Source of the DNA: Catajapyx aquilonaris
Lineage: Eukaryota
NCBI GenBank assembly: GCA_000934665.2
Contig: JYFJ02002669.1
Coordinates: forward strand, 1 to 52,942
DNA: 52,942 nucleotides
Direction: 5' to 3'
The position numbers and the translations under genes were made by a program. Under the pieces are notes generated by a model. The model had not been told where the DNA came from and made no database searches. It saw nothing but the letters and a program-made list of their open reading frames with translations. Positions 48,339 through 52,942 of the stretch are shown in pieces. Every line of letters starts with the position of its first letter. Position 1 is the first letter of the stretch.

Positions 48339-48802
48339 CAGCCAACCCAGAAATGAGCCAGTAATATCACAGGACAAACAATGAAGATATTAAAATATAA
48401 TATTTTAACAACTTCTTCAACTCCTCAAACTCAGCTAAATATTGTAGGATCATACATAAGCATGTATACAGTGAATGGATTGAATTAGCGTTCGGTCAAC
48501 TTGGTCAAACTATTTACTTGAAACGTAGGCAAGTAGAATTGTGTCAAAATAAATAACTAAAGTCATCACAAAGAAACAAAATATGGAAAAAGAAGCCATT
48601 TTGGCATCAGTCATTGAATTTGTATAGAAAAGACAAAGCCCATCATACAGGAATTTGGCACAGAAAACATAGTGACCAGAGTGGTTTCAGTCTCGAAATG
48701 TATTCTGGTCGTACACTGCGGTGTACTGCGGGGAGAAAACTGTCGAAGTAGGTGCACAGGCAGCAAACTCAAAGAGCTACAGCTACACAATCCAACCAAC
48801 CA
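48339..48802 (+). repeat. Direct repeat copy 2 of 44601-45251, with a ~180-bp internal deletion
   Basis: Shared start cagccaacccaga and end gctacacaatccaaccaacc; lacks ~44790-44972. Confidence 0.85.
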
Positions 48803-49137
48803 TAAAGCCAGGGTAGGATTTTAGAAACCATACCTAATAGTTCTTAAGGAACCTGGAGGCGTGTTTGGTCCAAGAGTGAGTAAAACAATATTCAAGGTAC
48901 CTAAGGAAATTGTATTGGCTTTCAATATTAGGCCAGTCCGTGTATCATTTGGGTGAAGGTACGCTATAGGGTTCGATTTCAACAACACCACAAAGCAAAG
49001 GAGATAAATTTTTCTCAACTATGTCCACCTTCATCAACAATGTTGCATCACATTAAGCGTGCATAACGTCAGTGCTACATATGGACGAATGTGCTACAGG
49101 GAAAACCATCACTGGACCTACTACAATATGGTTACAC

Positions 49138-49161
49138 AGAAGAAGAAGAAGAAGAAGAAGA
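49138..49161. repeat. (AGA)n microsatellite
   Basis: Direct inspection. Confidence 0.85.
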
Positions 49162-52100
49162 CGTTTTAATGGACTGTATGTAAATAAATACCCACGATAT
49201 CGTAAATGTATTTGTACCTCAATAAACAACATTTTATTAGGAACATTTTGCAACAAGTCCCGTTACAACATCTTACTTGAGTACCCAGCACGGGTCAACA
49301 ATAGGAACCTATACAGTATTTTAAATAGCATAAAAGTGCAAAGAACTGCACAGACACTACCAGGATGTTGCTTCATACAACATTCTATCGCCTCATCATA
49401 AAAGGATTCATACTGTGAAGGGAATCATATTTCAGCTAATTTCTACGGCGTGAAGCGGTACACAATGAGAGTAAGAGACGGAAAAGGACCACATCCACGC
49501 AGTGAGTACTATCTCAAAACGTACATTTGCCAGTGAACGAACCACAAAAGACAGTACAATGCAACATAAACAGCTGCAATGAAGTAATCATCATATTAAT
49601 GTGAAATGGGTAGAACAACTTCTATTCGGTTGCCTCATCGCCACAGAGAAGGGGACTCGGGTTCAAAAACATCGTCTCAAACACCATGACGACTTCATGT
49701 TGCAAAAACCACAGCATAAGAGATATTATTGCAACATGTAACATTGGTTGTTGTTCAATACTACACAACGACGCGAAGGAAACTCAAAACTCCGAAACGA
49801 AACGCAAATGACGTACGTTCCAAGGAATGGAAATCGGTTACTTTTTCATGGAAAAGTAACAAAGAAGTAATTAATTAAGATTAATTAAGATAAAATCATC
49901 AACATGATGATGACATGCACCACACAAGTGAATGCAGAATCTATATTACAAAAGTTTTACCACGCGACAGTTATTCAATTTTCAGGTACTTTCTGACCAA
50001 GGAGCAAAATCCACAGGCATGCATCAAATGTGCATAAGTTAGTAACGTTAGACCAACAAAAAGACGAGATGGAACTCTTCATAATTATATGTTATTCTTC
50101 TCTTCAGCAACACTTTTTAAAGCGAGCAATGAATTTTTGGAAACTCGATGAACTTCTCAGCACATCACGAGCATCATTTGTCGGAGAACAACTTTCTAAA
50201 GCACAATCTTTTTCAAGCATGAACCCCAACATGTCATCCTCTATCACAACATCCGCCTGCTCTTTACGACCTAGCTCGCGACACTGTTTCAAGAGCATTT
50301 CTGATCCATTAGAAAAAACCTCTTCACAGGTGGCGCAATGGCCATGCACCTTCAAATTGCGCCTTTCAAACAATTTCATTTCCAGCAATGCATGAAATAC
50401 ACGTGCGATTCAAGTGAGTACGTACTGTACACGTGAAATGTGCACTGGCAGGAGTGACTGGGTGTCTCCAGCAAGAACAGCACACACAAGATAAGAGAGG
50501 AAGAGACCAAGGTAACACTCTACACCTGGACCAACCTGGCAAGCAAGTCCATCGCTGTGCCTCCAACAGTTCCAACCGACGAAGAGTGTTCTTCCTGGAG
50601 CCAAATATCCTGCATACACAGGCAACGTCCTATCAGCTGATGGAGAAGAGGCAGCAGAACGGTGAGAGAAGAAGAGACATAGCATCGCAGTAACAGCCTA
50701 ATGAACCGCGATCGATAGCAGCTATGTACTACAACAATTGCAGCGGAATTGTCGCAATTAGCTCTCGTTACACAAATGCTCCATGATAATGCTCAATATT
50801 TGATTAAACAACGTACATGTGTCACAGGAGCGATCAAGTAATCAGAATATTAGCTGCAACTGACCTCTGTTAGTCTGCGTCAGTTATTTCATGAGATTTG
50901 ATATTGTTGATAACCATAAGGTAAATAATGTTAAGATTGTAGGATCGATAACCACATACTTGATCTTGTTGGCCCAATTCAAAGGGACTGAGGTTGGAGA
51001 AAGCAACAAGGAAAGCACCATGTCACCCTGAAACCTGCCCATATGGATCATCATTAATTTGCGAATTTCGTCTGACATGTTACTCAGCGAAGAAATGGCT
51101 GCGTCCAGCTCTCACTCACACACGTTTCTAATATACTGTAGACACATTTCCAGAAGGTGGTACAGGCAGACTCTTAATGATAATATACCAATCTGCCTTG
51201 AATATCTCCTGGCAAGGGCAGGCAGGACAAATTAATACTAAAATAGTACCGTATACTATTATAGGTGGCGTCGCAGGTGGTCTTCTCTACGAGTACAGTA
51301 TATGTTTAGTTTTAACTAATTGGCGTGATATTAAACATATCGGCAAGTCACTCGAGATGAGTTATACAAAAGCAAATGCCACGACAATGTCCACCCAATA
51401 TGATTATGAGATGTCTCCAGAGTAGCGCCAAATGCGAAGCACATTACATATGCAAGGAGGTAATCTCAGAGGTAATGCATAATTATAATGCGAACATCAC
51501 ATAGGAAGTCCTGACGATTCGAAAGCAATGGTCTATATATTACGAGTAAGAAACAAAAGTACAAATATGTAATGGACACTCGGTACAGACAAAGAAACCT
51601 GTGGGAAGGCACGAGACGGCGCACAATGATAAAGATTACCAAAAATATGGATAAAAATTATATTTTCCAAAATCTAAATGTGATTATGAAAGTTGCGCCT
51701 ATAAGTCTTGTACATTCTTTATGGTCACAATGTACAGTACGCTATTTTCTTGGCTGAAATTGGACCATTATCGCAAGAAAATAAACCACTCAAGTCACGT
51801 GAAATTGTGTTAAAATGAGTATGGTCGATTATTGGTTTGGAATCTTATATTTGGACACTTTTCATGGATTACCTTAAAACCAAGCAGAAAATTTGGCTGC
51901 GCCCAATTCTATACATATATTTTGTCGGGACTTTCCTACAACCTGTTCTTCTCAAGCGGAAACACAGACTCTTCAGGCAGACGTGGTAGAGGTCAGCCTG
52001 GGTCAACATCTGAAGACCAACTGTGGGGAAAAGGCACTTCCACAGGTATTACACCAACCACTGCATTATGATAGAAGGAAAAATATGCCACCAAATTGAC

Positions 52101-52459
52101 CAAAGGCGACCAAATCTAGCATTTCGATAAGCAGGTGGATCTCATCCCAACAACATGTTACACCTAACGCAACTGATGACATACTCATATATTGTTGTGC
52201 ATGTAAATGTGTATAGAAGGAGGAAGGTCGGCCAGGCAGCATGTGCGGCAGGCCGGCGAAATGTAAATAAAGCTATAAACAAACATATATTGGTGTGACG
52301 TCTTCAGTTACAACCAATAATATTTCTGTTGTGTTGTATACAGAATAACAAATGTTATCAATCAAATAAAAACGCGCAACATTTTACTAACTTGCTACCT
52401 ACTTGAAAAAGGAGCACAGACGGATCATATTGGATTATAGGTTTTTTCTTTGGCTCAAA

Positions 52460-52720
52460 AGCGGCAATGGTTATGCTGCGCCAACAACAACAATGCCTGT
52501 GGCCATACAAGAATCGACTGGTGAAACCCCTTTTTTTCCTCAACCATGGAAGGGATCTCATCTTCCCATTCGATGACATTTTGAAGCGTGAAAATTCTAC
52601 CCCTACAAACACTTTCACCCAAAGTCTTGTCACAACAAAACTTCAATCAGCATACGAAATTGTCAAGGAAAGAATCCACGAAGCTTTTCTCGAGCAGGGC
52701 CACAAGACCATGTGCATCAT
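52460..52720 (+). pseudogene. Gypsy integrase C-terminal fragment
   Basis: IQESTGETPFFLNHGRDLIFPFD...KLQSAYEIVKERI across a frameshift. Confidence 0.75.
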
Positions 52721-52942
52721 GAAGCCTTCGTCAGCGACATCTTCGAGTTCATCATTACCTCCAGGTGATCCAGACACGTATATCCAGACACCTTCCCCCC
52801 GATGTATTTCCACCTTGTCGTGGTGGTGGGGGGTGGGCTTGCGTTTTTCCCGACGGACCCGACCCCAAAGAGCTATGCCGGCGGTAGCTTCGTCTAGTGG
52901 TAGGTGTAACGGTAATTTGGGGTGATATAGGTATAGGAATGG

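Noticed and set aside
49900..52400. Short ORFs as host exons
   Set aside because: No recognisable motifs or consistent splice chain by eye.
1..52942. CRISPR array, rRNA or tRNA genes, prokaryotic operons
   Set aside because: No regularly spaced repeat-spacer array or structural RNA gene was seen; the content is eukaryotic TE-derived.

Overview
Eukaryotic, most likely arthropod-type invertebrate DNA (spliceosomal introns, a U2 snRNA tag with the GCTTAA variant). The window is a dense nest of decayed and nested transposons, and I recognise no ordinary multi-exon host gene. Retroelements: two divergent Utopia/NeSL-clade non-LTR elements fused head-to-head, the + copy ending on 20 nt of U2 snRNA; two 3' ends of one LTR family carrying a spliced accessory ORF and a conserved 88-nt LTR intron; a complete 1.9-kb non-autonomous gypsy element with a tRNA-Leu PBS and an internal anti-PBS. 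DNA transposons and remnants: hAT/Charlie, piggyBac, Academ, Harbinger, MULE, Tc1, Tc4/Tc5-like, pogo-like, Transib and Kolobok-like. A patchwork unit of unrelated TE-gene fragments, up to 4.4 kb long, occurs three times, once inverted. The most gene-like uninterrupted ORF is a 124-aa tailless linker-histone (H15) winged-helix protein at 3926-4300. All family calls are by-eye motif recognition, not database searches.
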